Assembly: GCA_044337585.1 (NCBI GenBank)
Contig: JBIINH010000004.1
Location: forward strand, 1 to 37,309
Reading direction: 5' to 3'
Source: Bacteroidia bacterium
GTDB lineage: Bacteria; Bacteroidota; Bacteroidia; UKL13-3
Length of the DNA stretch: 37,309 nt
The first letter of the stretch is position 1. Every line of letters starts with the position of its first letter. The notes beneath the pieces were generated by a model, which had not been told where the DNA came from, ran no database searches, and was given only the letters and a program-made list of their open reading frames with translations. Below are positions 9,983-19,713 of this stretch, piece after piece. The translations under genes and the position numbers were made by a program.

Positions 9983-11050
9983 TTAGAAATCTAACCTAAA
10001 CCTTTCTTTTCGGTGTAGTATAAAAGGAAGCGGATTAGTGTTTAATTTGATATTCTCGTTGCGGGTTCGTAGGATATCATATGCATAAAAAATAGCATTT
10101 CGAAGTGATTTCTCAGATGCCTCATTTTTGCCGGCAATATTATATCCGGTTCCATGGTCTGGTGATGTTCTTATAAAAGGAAGTCCAGCCGTGTAGTTAA
10201 CACCATCCTCAAATGACATGTACTTAAACGGAATTAATCCTTGGTCGTGATACATCGCAAGAACTGCATCAAACATCTCAAACTGAGATGAACCGAAAAA
10301 TCCATCTGCTGAGTAAGGTCCATAAGCAATAATTCCTTCATCTCTAGCTTTTGCCAAAGCTGGAGCAATAATGTCTTTATCTTCATTGCCAAGTAATCCA
10401 TTGTCACCAGCATGTGGGTTTAGTCCCAATACAGCAATTTTAGGTTTGGTTATGCTAAAGTCTTTTTCTAAAGATTTTTTCATAATGCGCAGTTTTCGCA
10501 AAATCAACCCTTCATTTATTTTTGAAGAAATGTCTTTAATTGCAACATGACCGGTAACCAAACCAACCTTTATCCGTTCAGAAATAAGCATCATCATAAA
10601 GTCATCCGTACCTGATTGTTGTGCCAGGTATTCTGTATGTCCAACAAATGGTCTTGATTCGGTATGTACATTATGTTTGTTTAAAGGAGCGGTAACTAAA
10701 GCATGAATTTTACCTTCTTTCCAATCTTTGGTTGCCATTTCTAGCGATTTAAACGCATATCTTCCAGCAGTTTCGGTTGCTTCACCCGGTTTTATTTCTA
10801 CTTCCTCTTCCCAGCATACCAAAATATTTGCTTTGTTGTGATGAATCTGGTCAATGCTTTTTGCAATGTGTAATTGAAATTCATTGTAGCCTAAAAGCTT
10901 TTTCCAAAAACTAATTGATTTTGGAGAGCCATAAACAACAGGAGTAAAAAATTGTGACATCCGATTGTCGAGAAGTGTTTTTATTATCACTTCTATGCTT
11001 ACACCATTAATATCGCCTTGTGTAATGCCAATTATTGGAAGTTTACTCAT
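9983..11050 (-). CDS. pdxA: 4-hydroxythreonine-4-phosphate dehydrogenase
   Basis: Motifs GDINGV, VTAPLNK, GHTEYL, GLNPHAG, MYHDQGL, GLPFIRTSPDHGT. Confidence 0.95.
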   Translation of the reverse strand: MSKLPIIGITQGDINGVSIEVIIKTLLDNRMSQFFTPVVYGSPKSISFWKKLLGYNEFQLHIAKSIDQIHHNKANILVCWEEEVEIKPGEATETAGRYAFKSLEMATKDWKEGKIHALVTAPLNKHNVHTESRPFVGHTEYLAQQSGTDDFMMMLISERIKVGLVTGHVAIKDISSKINEGLILRKLRIMKKSLEKDFSITKPKIAVLGLNPHAGDNGLLGNEDKDIIAPALAKARDEGIIAYGPYSADGFFGSSQFEMFDAVLAMYHDQGLIPFKYMSFEDGVNYTAGLPFIRTSPDHGTGYNIAGKNEASEKSLRNAIFYAYDILRTRNENIKLNTNPLPFILHRKERFRLDF

Positions 11051-11057
11051 ATAGAAA

Positions 11058-12494
11058 TTATTTTATACTGTTTTTAACGAAATCAAATATAAGTCGAACG
11101 GCCACACCTGTAGCGTTTTTACTGCGGTAGCTATCTTGTAATGATATGTAAGCAGGCCCTGCAATATCAAAGTGCATCCAATTATAATCTGTATATTTTT
11201 CAAGGAATTTACCTGCTGTGATTGCACCCCCAATAGGTCCACCAATATTTTTCATGTCGGCAAGGTCGCTTTTAATGAGTTTTTCGTATTCACTCCAAAA
11301 AGGAAATTCAACCAAACGCTCGTATACATTATTTCCACTCGTTTTCAAATCTTCTTTGGTTTGCTCATTAGCTGTACCCATGCACACAATGCCATAAGGT
11401 CCTATCGCAGCAGCAGCTGCTCCAGTAAGTGTGGCAAAGTCTAGCACCAATTCTGGCTTGTATTTTTTTGCGTAAGCCAAAGCATCTGCAAGAATCATTC
11501 TTCCCTCAGCATCTGTATTTAAAACTTCTACTGTTTGTCCGTCATACATGTGAATAACATCTCCCGGAGTGTAAGCATTTTCGCCAGGCCTGTTATCGGT
11601 GGATGGCACAAGTGCAATAACATAATATGGTAATTCGGCTTTGGCAATTGCATAAATTGCAGCAGCTACAGCAGCGGCACCAGCCATATCACATTTCATT
11701 GTGTCCATTGAGTTTGGTGTCGGCTTTAGACTCAATCCTCCTGTGTCATACACCACACCTTTTCCCACCAGCACCAGTGGTTTTTTATTAAAATGTTTTT
11801 TAGGTTTCCATTCCATAATGGTAAACGTTGGTGGAGTTTGGCTGCCTTTATTAACCGCTAATAACCCACCCATTTTAAGGGCTTCGATTTGTTTTTTATT
11901 TAAAACCTCAACTGATACACCGGCTTTTTTGCAGAAGTTTTTCATTTCATGTGCAAATGTTACTGCATCTAAATGTGACTGTGGTTCATTAACCCAATCT
12001 CTTGCTTTCATTACAGCATCAGAGATTATTTGAAGTTGTGCAATTTCGTTTTTTGAAATTTTGTTTGAACAAACCCTAATATGTTTAAGTGTATTGTGTG
12101 TTTGTTTCCCTGTTTTGTATTTTAAGAATTGATAGTTTCCTAAAGCACACCCTTCAGCGGCATAGATTAGCAAGTGGTTGTATGTTTCAGTAGCTGAAAA
12201 AATATCTACTGCATCATATTTTTGTGAATTGATGGCAACAGCAGTTTTAAAGCCGGCATCTCTGATACTCTCATGAAGCTGAAAGGCTTTTTCCGACTTT
12301 TCATCTACCAATTGAATAATGGATAGTTTGCTGAAATGGTTCACGGTAATAAACTTTTCATCTGCTTTTATTTTCTTCTCGATGTGCGTAATTTCAGCAG
12401 GTGTAAAGTCCAATTTTTTCCAGTCCTGTTTTTTATCACATATAATCAGGCGGCTGTTATTTTTATCTGTTTTGGAATGTAGCTCGATATGCAT
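11058..12494 (-). CDS. pepA: M17 leucyl aminopeptidase
   Basis: Motifs LVGKGVVYDTGG, MKCDMAGAA, NTDAEGR, DFATLTGA, HFDIAG. Confidence 0.93.
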   Translation of the reverse strand: MHIELHSKTDKNNSRLIICDKKQDWKKLDFTPAEITHIEKKIKADEKFITVNHFSKLSIIQLVDEKSEKAFQLHESIRDAGFKTAVAINSQKYDAVDIFSATETYNHLLIYAAEGCALGNYQFLKYKTGKQTHNTLKHIRVCSNKISKNEIAQLQIISDAVMKARDWVNEPQSHLDAVTFAHEMKNFCKKAGVSVEVLNKKQIEALKMGGLLAVNKGSQTPPTFTIMEWKPKKHFNKKPLVLVGKGVVYDTGGLSLKPTPNSMDTMKCDMAGAAAVAAAIYAIAKAELPYYVIALVPSTDNRPGENAYTPGDVIHMYDGQTVEVLNTDAEGRMILADALAYAKKYKPELVLDFATLTGAAAAAIGPYGIVCMGTANEQTKEDLKTSGNNVYERLVEFPFWSEYEKLIKSDLADMKNIGGPIGGAITAGKFLEKYTDYNWMHFDIAGPAYISLQDSYRSKNATGVAVRLIFDFVKNSIK

Positions 12495-12517
12495 ATTGAA
12501 TTATATTTTTTGCCCTG

Positions 12518-12525
12518 CGAAAGTA
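12518..12525 (-). promoter_or_regulatory. Putative -7 promoter box (TACTTTCG variant) for pepA-pdxA
   Basis: Minus-strand TACTTTCG 23 nt upstream of the pepA ATG; one mismatch to TAnnTTTG. Confidence 0.5.
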
Positions 12526-12623
12526 TGAAAAAATGAAGCATCACCTAAATGATTCTATTTGATGTTGAAAACAAGCATCACATCACCTACATTGCAACCC
12601 TCAATTCGAAATCAGAATTATTC

Positions 12624-13418
12624 ATGCAACAAAAAGTAAGGGCAAAAAAGCATTTAGGGCAGCATTTTCTGAACGATGAGCGCATTGCATACAATATAGT
12701 GAAGGCTTTGACGGATAGTTGCACTTCAGATGTTGTGCTTGAGATTGGTCCTGGAATGGGAGTGCTCACAAAACATTTATTAACAAATAACAAGTTCAAA
12801 ACATATGCCTTGGAGGTGGATTTGGAATCGGTTGATTACTTGAAGGCTCACTACCCAGAAATTACAGAAACATTATTTCAGAAAGATTTTTTAAAAACGG
12901 ATTTACCAATTCTGATACCCGGGAATTTCTGTTTAATTGGGAATTTTCCATACAATATATCGTCTCAGATTGTATTTAAAATGCTTGAAAATAAACAGCA
13001 TATTCCAATAATGGTGGGTATGTTTCAAAAAGAAGTAGCTGAACGAATAGCTGCGCCATCGGGAAATAAATCATATGGCATTCTTTCTGTATTAAGTCAG
13101 GTATTTTATGATGTTGAATACTTGTTCACTGTTCATGAGGACGTTTTTATCCCCCCGCCAAAAGTGAAATCAGGGGTGATAAGGATGGTAAAAAAAACTG
13201 ATGAACTTGAGGTTGATGTGAAATTATTTTACAGGGTAGTAAAAACAGCGTTTAACCAACGTAGAAAAAAATTAAGGAATGCTTTGCACGTATTTAATAT
13301 AAATGATGCCATATTGCAAGCAAGTGGATTCATTGACAAAAGAGCCGAACAACTATCTGTTACTGATTTTATAACACTAACTAAATTAATATCGATACAT
13401 GGAGAACATCACGATTGA
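12624..13418 (+). CDS. rsmA: 16S rRNA m6(2)A1518/1519 dimethyltransferase KsgA
   Basis: KKHLGQHFL, EIGPGMG, GNFPYNISS, MFQKEVAERI, FIPPPKVKS, FNQRRKKLRN. Start at MQQKVRAKK (12624) rather than 12549. Confidence 0.96.
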   Translation: MQQKVRAKKHLGQHFLNDERIAYNIVKALTDSCTSDVVLEIGPGMGVLTKHLLTNNKFKTYALEVDLESVDYLKAHYPEITETLFQKDFLKTDLPILIPGNFCLIGNFPYNISSQIVFKMLENKQHIPIMVGMFQKEVAERIAAPSGNKSYGILSVLSQVFYDVEYLFTVHEDVFIPPPKVKSGVIRMVKKTDELEVDVKLFYRVVKTAFNQRRKKLRNALHVFNINDAILQASGFIDKRAEQLSVTDFITLTKLISIHGEHHD

Positions 13419-14751
13419 TAACATATTCGTGAAGCAAATAAAACAGTTGCTTGAGCAAAATGCTGAACAAGAGTTAAGGCAATTACTTGATAACATGTAT
13501 GAGCAAGATATTGCCGAATTGGTTGATAAGCTTGGTATTGATGATGCCAGAGATATTATCCTGCTTATTCATAAGGATAAAATAATAAAAGTGTTGGTAG
13601 AGATGGAAGATTCCCTCCGTACTCAATTTTTGTCTGCTTATGGACCTGGTGAAATTGCAGAGCGTTTTATACAAAATATGGATTCGGATGATGCCACTTA
13701 TGTGCTAGGGCATTTTCCTAACAAACAAAAAGAAGAAGTAATTGCCAACCTCACTGATATTGAATACGCATCCAGTTTATTGTCATTGCTGAGCTACGAT
13801 GAATACACAGCCGGAAGCCTTATGGCTGTTGAGCTTGTAAAAGCTAATGTAAATTGGACAGTAGGGCAATGTATTGAAGAGATAAGAAGACAAGCCGAGA
13901 ATGTAGACAATATTTATGTGGTATACATTGTTGATAATTACGAACGCCTTAGCGGAATCATTACTTTGAAAAATTTGATTTTAGCGAAAACCTCAGCAAA
14001 GCTTGAAGAGGTGATGAACAAGAAAGTGATATCAGTAACTACCTCAACCGATTCTGAAGAGATTGCCAATATATTTAAGAAATACGATTTGGTTGTGTTG
14101 CCCGTGATCAATGCCATAGGTCAGTTGGTAGGAAGAATTACGGTAGATGATGTTGTAGAAGTAATTAATGAAGAAGCAAAGGAGGATTACCAACTTATGT
14201 CGGGTATTACAGAAGATGTGGATGCTACTGACAGGGTTTGGTTGCTTTCTAGAGCTCGATTACCATGGCTTATTATTGGGCTTGCTGGCGGAATTGGATC
14301 TTCGAGGTTCATTGCAATGTATGAAGACCAGATACAAATTCATCCTGAAATGGCTTTTTTTATGCCCCTAATTGCCGCAATGGGAGGAAATGCAGGTGTG
14401 CAATCATCAGCTATTGTGGTACAAGGGCTGGCAAATAATACGTTAGGGACTAAAAATATCATTCCCAAAATTTTTAAAGAGTTTCGAGTATCGTTGCTTA
14501 ATGCTCTCATATGTTCTGTATTAATATTTACCTACAATATAACTTTTTCTGATTCGCAAGATTTGGCTATCACCGTCAGTCTCGCATTATTTAGTGTGAT
14601 TATTTTTGCGTCCTTATTAGGAACGTTTATTCCGATGGTATTGGACAAGTTGAAAGTTGATCCTGCTATCGCTACAGGTCCGTTTATTACTACTACAAAT
14701 GATTTGCTCGGGCTTGCTTTGTACTTTAGTATTGGAAGGATGTTGTATTAA
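13399..14751 (+). CDS. mgtE: Magnesium transporter MgtE
   Basis: N-domain with DD motifs, CBS pair (KYDLVVLPV...GRITVDDV), RLPWL, MGGNAGVQS, DPAIATGPFITTTND. Confidence 0.95.
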   Translation: MENITIDNIFVKQIKQLLEQNAEQELRQLLDNMYEQDIAELVDKLGIDDARDIILLIHKDKIIKVLVEMEDSLRTQFLSAYGPGEIAERFIQNMDSDDATYVLGHFPNKQKEEVIANLTDIEYASSLLSLLSYDEYTAGSLMAVELVKANVNWTVGQCIEEIRRQAENVDNIYVVYIVDNYERLSGIITLKNLILAKTSAKLEEVMNKKVISVTTSTDSEEIANIFKKYDLVVLPVINAIGQLVGRITVDDVVEVINEEAKEDYQLMSGITEDVDATDRVWLLSRARLPWLIIGLAGGIGSSRFIAMYEDQIQIHPEMAFFMPLIAAMGGNAGVQSSAIVVQGLANNTLGTKNIIPKIFKEFRVSLLNALICSVLIFTYNITFSDSQDLAITVSLALFSVIIFASLLGTFIPMVLDKLKVDPAIATGPFITTTNDLLGLALYFSIGRMLY

Positions 14752-14811
14752 ACATATTCATGCAACCATTTATTTACAAAATGATACTACTAATATATAA
14801 ATGAGCTTGTA

Positions 14812-15756
14812 ATGAAGATTTTAATTGTAGATAATGTTCATGAACTCCTGATAATTGGATTGCAAAATGAAGGGCATGAAGTTCATTATCTTCCATTGAT
14901 ATCAAGAAATGAAATCAAACAGATCTTACCAGCATTTGAACTTTTAGTTATAAGAACAAAAACAGAAGTAGATGCACATTTACTGGGCGCTGCCAAAAAC
15001 TTAAAACTTATTGCAAGGGCAGGAGCTGGATTGGATAATATTGATATAGCATACTGTGAAAAATATAATATACATTGTATTCACGCTGGAGGTGCAAATG
15101 CCAACTCGGTTGGTGAGCACGCTGTTGGGATGTTATTATCACTTTTACATAAGTTAACCAAAGCAGACAAAGAGGTTAAGTCCTTAATATGGGACCGAAA
15201 TGGAAATACTGGAAATGAATTAAGAGGAAAAACAATAGGAATTATTGGATACGGAAATACAGGGTCTGCTTTTGCAAAATGCCTTTCAGGTTTTGGGGTG
15301 AAGGTATTGGCATATGATAAATACCGAAAAAACTACTCAGATACATTTGCTCAAGAAGCCAGTCTTGAAATGATTTATGAGCAGGCAGATATTGTCTCAT
15401 TCCACGTGCCACTTACTTTAGAAACTAAGTATTATTTTAATGACGTTTTTGTAGCCCAAATGAAAAAACCGTTCATATTGCTGAATTTAAGTAGGGGAGA
15501 AGTTGTGCAAACATCAGCGATAATAGATGCGTTGGAAAAAAATAAAATGACTTCAGCTGGTTTAGATGTATTGGAAAATGAGAAAATTGAAAACCTTTCA
15601 AATGAGCAAAAAGTGCTTTTTGAAAAGCTTATACAATACCCAAATGTGATGCTTTCACCACATGTTGGGGGGTGGTCACAACAATCATACGAAAACATTG
15701 CAAAACTTTTATTGCGTAAAATCAAAGAGTTAACCCCAATGTTAGCACATAGTTAA
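14812..15756 (+). CDS. D-isomer-specific 2-hydroxyacid dehydrogenase (SerA-like, no ACT domain)
   Basis: ARAGAGLDNID, GIIGYGNTG, HVPLT, NLSRG, LDVLENE, SPHVGG. Confidence 0.9.
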   Translation: MKILIVDNVHELLIIGLQNEGHEVHYLPLISRNEIKQILPAFELLVIRTKTEVDAHLLGAAKNLKLIARAGAGLDNIDIAYCEKYNIHCIHAGGANANSVGEHAVGMLLSLLHKLTKADKEVKSLIWDRNGNTGNELRGKTIGIIGYGNTGSAFAKCLSGFGVKVLAYDKYRKNYSDTFAQEASLEMIYEQADIVSFHVPLTLETKYYFNDVFVAQMKKPFILLNLSRGEVVQTSAIIDALEKNKMTSAGLDVLENEKIENLSNEQKVLFEKLIQYPNVMLSPHVGGWSQQSYENIAKLLLRKIKELTPMLAHS

Positions 15757-15817
15757 GTGATAATTAAAAAGACATTTTGATATATAATTTTAAAATAATT
15801 TAATTTACAAACATTAA

Positions 15818-15849
15818 TTTGATAAAGACTGTGCAGTTTTATATCCTTG
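15818..15849 (+). promoter_or_regulatory. Putative promoter of the TBDR-cargo-PorV operon
   Basis: TTTG (15818-15821), 20-nt spacer, TATCCTTG (15842-15849; one mismatch to TAnnTTTG). Confidence 0.5.
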
Positions 15850-15898
15850 TAAACCATTCAATGGGTTAAATCTGCCTTACATAAAAAATCAATTGCGC

Positions 15899-18800
15899 AT
15901 GAAAAACATATACAGTTTATTATTAGCCTTATTTGGCTTTTGTTTAGTAGCTAACGCACAATCCCAACTCGGAGAAATCAGGGGTAAAGTAATAGACTCA
16001 AAATCTAAAAAACCACTTGAATATGCAAGTGTTACCATCGAATTAAACGGCAATGCTAGGGCAACAACCCTTACAGATGATGATGGAAACTTTATTGTAA
16101 AAACCTTACAACCTGGCGAGTACATCATAAAAGTTACCTATACAGGATATGTTAATGCAGTAGTGAGTGGAGTAGATGTTATCAGTGACCAAATCACATT
16201 TCAAAATGTTACCATGCAACTGAAAGAAGACGGTAAAGTATTGGAGGAAGTAGTCATAAAACGTAAAAAGCCATTGGTTGACCCTGAAGGAAAAGGCGGA
16301 GGCACCAAAACATCGAAAGAAATCATGGCTTTGCCACAACGTAACGTAAACATGGTGGCAAATACAGTTGCCGGTGTGGATGCAAGGTCAGGAGGAACAC
16401 CTAATATTCGTGGAGCACGTGCTGATGGTACTGCTTATTACATTGATGGTGTTCGTGTGCAAGGTGGTTCAAGTGTTAATATTCCTCAAAATGCCATTGA
16501 CCAAATTCAGATTATTACCGGTGGAACGCCCGCACAATATGGCGACTTTACTGGAGGTGCCATCGCCATAAATACCAAAGCTCCTTCAAGAAATTGGAAT
16601 AGGGGGTTTGAATACATTACAGCTTCACCTTTTAATGGTTATTTAGACAATACCCAGTACAATGAACTCCAAATGTTTGTTTCGGGTCCAATGAAGATAT
16701 TTAATAAAGGAAGAGGTGAACAAGAGCGTATTTTAGGATTCTCATTGGCTGCAAGTGGTGTTTATGTTTTAGATGGACGACCTTCCGCAGTTGATTTATA
16801 TAAGGTAAACGATGCCAAACTAAAGGAGTTAAAAGAAAGACCACTCGTTCAACAGCAAGGGGGAGGATTTGTTCCAGCAGGAGAGTATCTTTTAAATTCT
16901 GATTTGACAAGAGTAGATTACAGGCAAAATGCATCAAATTACAATATTTCACTTCAAGGAAACTTTACCTACCAAGCAAGTAAAAACATATTCATAAGGG
17001 TAGGTTACCAAGGAACCATGTCTCGAGGAAGAAACTTTAACTATGCACAATCACTTACCAATTCAGATTTAAACTCGTTTAGTAAAGACAACACATTTAG
17101 AACATACCTTCAATTTACCCAAACATTCGCTCCTAAAAAAGGAGAAGATGGAAAGGTAAAACCTCAAACTGTTACCAATGCATATTACACAGTACGTGCA
17201 TCTTATGAAGTAAGGAATGCAGAGACCATGGATGCAGACTATGGCACCGATTTTTTCAACTATGGATTTTTAGGCACATTTACTAATTACAGCACTCCTG
17301 TATATCAACGAGTAACGAAACAATTTGGTGACTCAGCTGATGTCTATTATTTAGATGGTACAGGTCAAGAAATTAGATTGAGCTCTACTTATGCAAAGCA
17401 AGTTGGTACATTTGATACCCTACTTACATTTCAACAAGCTAATTACAATACAACAAGAGGGAATTATACAAACCAAATTTATGATTTCTTTGGACAAGCA
17501 GGACAACGTGTAAGCAATATCAGCCAGCTTCGTGGATTGGGTGGATTGGTAAACGGTGACCAACCACAAGGTATTTACTCTAATTTATGGGCAAGCCCGG
17601 GATTACAGCAGGGTGCCAGCTATTCTAAATTTAACAACGAAGCCATTACCCTATTTGTAATGAGTGAAGCTTCAGTAGCCCCTAAAAACAAACCCAAAGC
17701 AAAACACGATTTACAATTTGGATTTACATACGAACAGCAGTTTAGAAGACAGTATGTTTTAGGTGCAAATGGTCTTTGGTCTTTAATGCGCTTATTGGTG
17801 AACTCACATATATTAGGACCAGACTCCTCTCGTGCAATTGTTAAATATGACCAAAACGGGGTGTTCCAAGATACGGTTTGGTTTAAAGATAGAGTTGATT
17901 TTTCATCACAAAGTAACTTTGACAAAAATCTGCGCGATAAATTAGTAGCCATGGGTGCTCGTGATGCAAATGGCAATTTGATTGATGAATCAACAAGACT
18001 TAATCCAAATATGTATGATCCTAGTATGTATTCATTGGATATGTTCACCGCAGATGAATTGTTGAACAATGGAAATTCATTTGTAGGATACAATGGATAT
18101 GACCATTTAGGAAGACGTGTAAATGGACAAGTTTCCATTGACCAGTTTTTAAATGATCCAACAAGAAGATTACTTGGAGCATACCAACCAATTTATACGG
18201 CTGCTTGGATTCAAGACAAATTTGTTTTCAAAGATTTGATTGTAAGATTAGGTCTACGTATGGAAAGATTTGATGCCAATCAGCTTATCTTAAAAGATCC
18301 GTATTCGATGGCGCCTGTATTTACAGCAGGAGACGTTAGAAGAGGGGCAGCAAGCAAAGTTGGCGAATCGGCTATCCCAACATCTATAGGAGATGATTAC
18401 GTGGTTTACGTTAATGACCATGAACAAAGAGGCTCTACGCTTCAAGTGACTGGATTTCGTCAAGGAAATAGCTGGTTTGATAGAAACGGAAACCCAGTTA
18501 CCGATCCCAACGCTTTATGGAGAGATGCGCAAGAAGCCGGTATTAATACATCACTCAATCAAAACATTCCTTATCTTCAAAAAGCCGGACAACGCACACC
18601 TGATCAAAATTCATTTGTTGGGTATACACCTGATTTAAAGTTTTTACCACGTATCTGGTTCTCATTCCCAATCTCAACCACATCTCAACTTTTTGGAACT
18701 TATGATGTACTCGCACAACGCCCAACTGAAGGTAATATCGCTCAATTTGATGATTATTATTTTTTACCAAATCGATTGAATGGTGTAATTGCCAATCCTG

Positions 18801-19702
18801 ATTTGCGTATGACACAAGTAACAGATTATGAAATAGGATTCCGTCAGCAAATAGGACAAGATGCAGCATTAGGTATTATTGCATCATATCGTGAATTTAG
18901 AAACTTGATTACTCTATTCCGTTATGCTCAAGCATGGCCAAATGAGTACAATTCATTTGGAAACTTAGATTTTTCAACTGTAAAATCAGTTAGGTTAGAG
19001 TATGAATTAAGAGAACTTGGAAATGTAAATATTTCAGCAAACTACATGTTACAATTTGCCGATGGTACTGGTTCCAACTCTCAACAAAGCGCACAATTAA
19101 TCCAATCGGGTTTAGGTAACCAACGAAACATATTCCCGATGAACTTCGACACACGCCACACTTTGAAAGGAATTTTTGATTTTCATTACAGAAGTGGAAA
19201 AGAATACAACGGACCAATTGTTGGAGGTAAAAAAATATTTGAAAATGCAGGTATAAATATGATTTTCAACTTTACTTCAGGAAGACCATATACACAACAA
19301 ATCATACCTACTCCTGAAGTACAACCAGGTGTAGTAGCTCGTAGCCAAGTAAAAGGTACAATCAATGGAGCCCGCCTTCCCTCTCAGTTTTTTGCTGATT
19401 TGAATGTTGATAAAAACTTCAATTTTACAAACCAAAGATTGGATGGAAAAACAACAGTATACCGGTTGCGTGTTTACCTATGGGTTCAAAATTTATTTAA
19501 TAATATTAATGTGCTAAACGTTTATCGCTACACAGGTTCTGCTTATGATGATGGGTATATAACATCATCTTTAGCACAGGCACAAAGAGATGCTGCAACC
19601 AATGCACAATCTTTAGTTGACTTGTATAACGTAAGGGTAGTGGATCCTGGTAATTTTGCCTTGCCACGTATTACCCGTTTAGGTTTAGCACTTTACTTCT
19701 AA
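15899..19702 (+). CDS. Large TonB-dependent receptor with N-terminal carboxypeptidase-regulatory-like domain
   Basis: Signal peptide (ANA|QSQ). CarboxypepD_reg-like 'GEIRGKVID...PLEYASV...TDDDGNF...PGEYIIKVTYTGY'. Plug 'NIRGAR...YYIDGV...IDQIQIITGGTPAQYGDFTGG'. Barrel strands ending in the C-terminal aromatic 'LGLALYF*'. Confidence 0.88.
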   Translation: MKNIYSLLLALFGFCLVANAQSQLGEIRGKVIDSKSKKPLEYASVTIELNGNARATTLTDDDGNFIVKTLQPGEYIIKVTYTGYVNAVVSGVDVISDQITFQNVTMQLKEDGKVLEEVVIKRKKPLVDPEGKGGGTKTSKEIMALPQRNVNMVANTVAGVDARSGGTPNIRGARADGTAYYIDGVRVQGGSSVNIPQNAIDQIQIITGGTPAQYGDFTGGAIAINTKAPSRNWNRGFEYITASPFNGYLDNTQYNELQMFVSGPMKIFNKGRGEQERILGFSLAASGVYVLDGRPSAVDLYKVNDAKLKELKERPLVQQQGGGFVPAGEYLLNSDLTRVDYRQNASNYNISLQGNFTYQASKNIFIRVGYQGTMSRGRNFNYAQSLTNSDLNSFSKDNTFRTYLQFTQTFAPKKGEDGKVKPQTVTNAYYTVRASYEVRNAETMDADYGTDFFNYGFLGTFTNYSTPVYQRVTKQFGDSADVYYLDGTGQEIRLSSTYAKQVGTFDTLLTFQQANYNTTRGNYTNQIYDFFGQAGQRVSNISQLRGLGGLVNGDQPQGIYSNLWASPGLQQGASYSKFNNEAITLFVMSEASVAPKNKPKAKHDLQFGFTYEQQFRRQYVLGANGLWSLMRLLVNSHILGPDSSRAIVKYDQNGVFQDTVWFKDRVDFSSQSNFDKNLRDKLVAMGARDANGNLIDESTRLNPNMYDPSMYSLDMFTADELLNNGNSFVGYNGYDHLGRRVNGQVSIDQFLNDPTRRLLGAYQPIYTAAWIQDKFVFKDLIVRLGLRMERFDANQLILKDPYSMAPVFTAGDVRRGAASKVGESAIPTSIGDDYVVYVNDHEQRGSTLQVTGFRQGNSWFDRNGNPVTDPNALWRDAQEAGINTSLNQNIPYLQKAGQRTPDQNSFVGYTPDLKFLPRIWFSFPISTTSQLFGTYDVLAQRPTEGNIAQFDDYYFLPNRLNGVIANPDLRMTQVTDYEIGFRQQIGQDAALGIIASYREFRNLITLFRYAQAWPNEYNSFGNLDFSTVKSVRLEYELRELGNVNISANYMLQFADGTGSNSQQSAQLIQSGLGNQRNIFPMNFDTRHTLKGIFDFHYRSGKEYNGPIVGGKKIFENAGINMIFNFTSGRPYTQQIIPTPEVQPGVVARSQVKGTINGARLPSQFFADLNVDKNFNFTNQRLDGKTTVYRLRVYLWVQNLFNNINVLNVYRYTGSAYDDGYITSSLAQAQRDAATNAQSLVDLYNVRVVDPGNFALPRITRLGLALYF

Positions 19703-19713
19703 TTTTAAAAAGT

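Noticed and set aside
15870-15881. ATCTGCCTTACA, identical to part of the tRNA-Val anticodon arm, upstream of the TBDR
   Set aside because: Only 12 nt, plausible by chance, with no other tRNA elements or att context.
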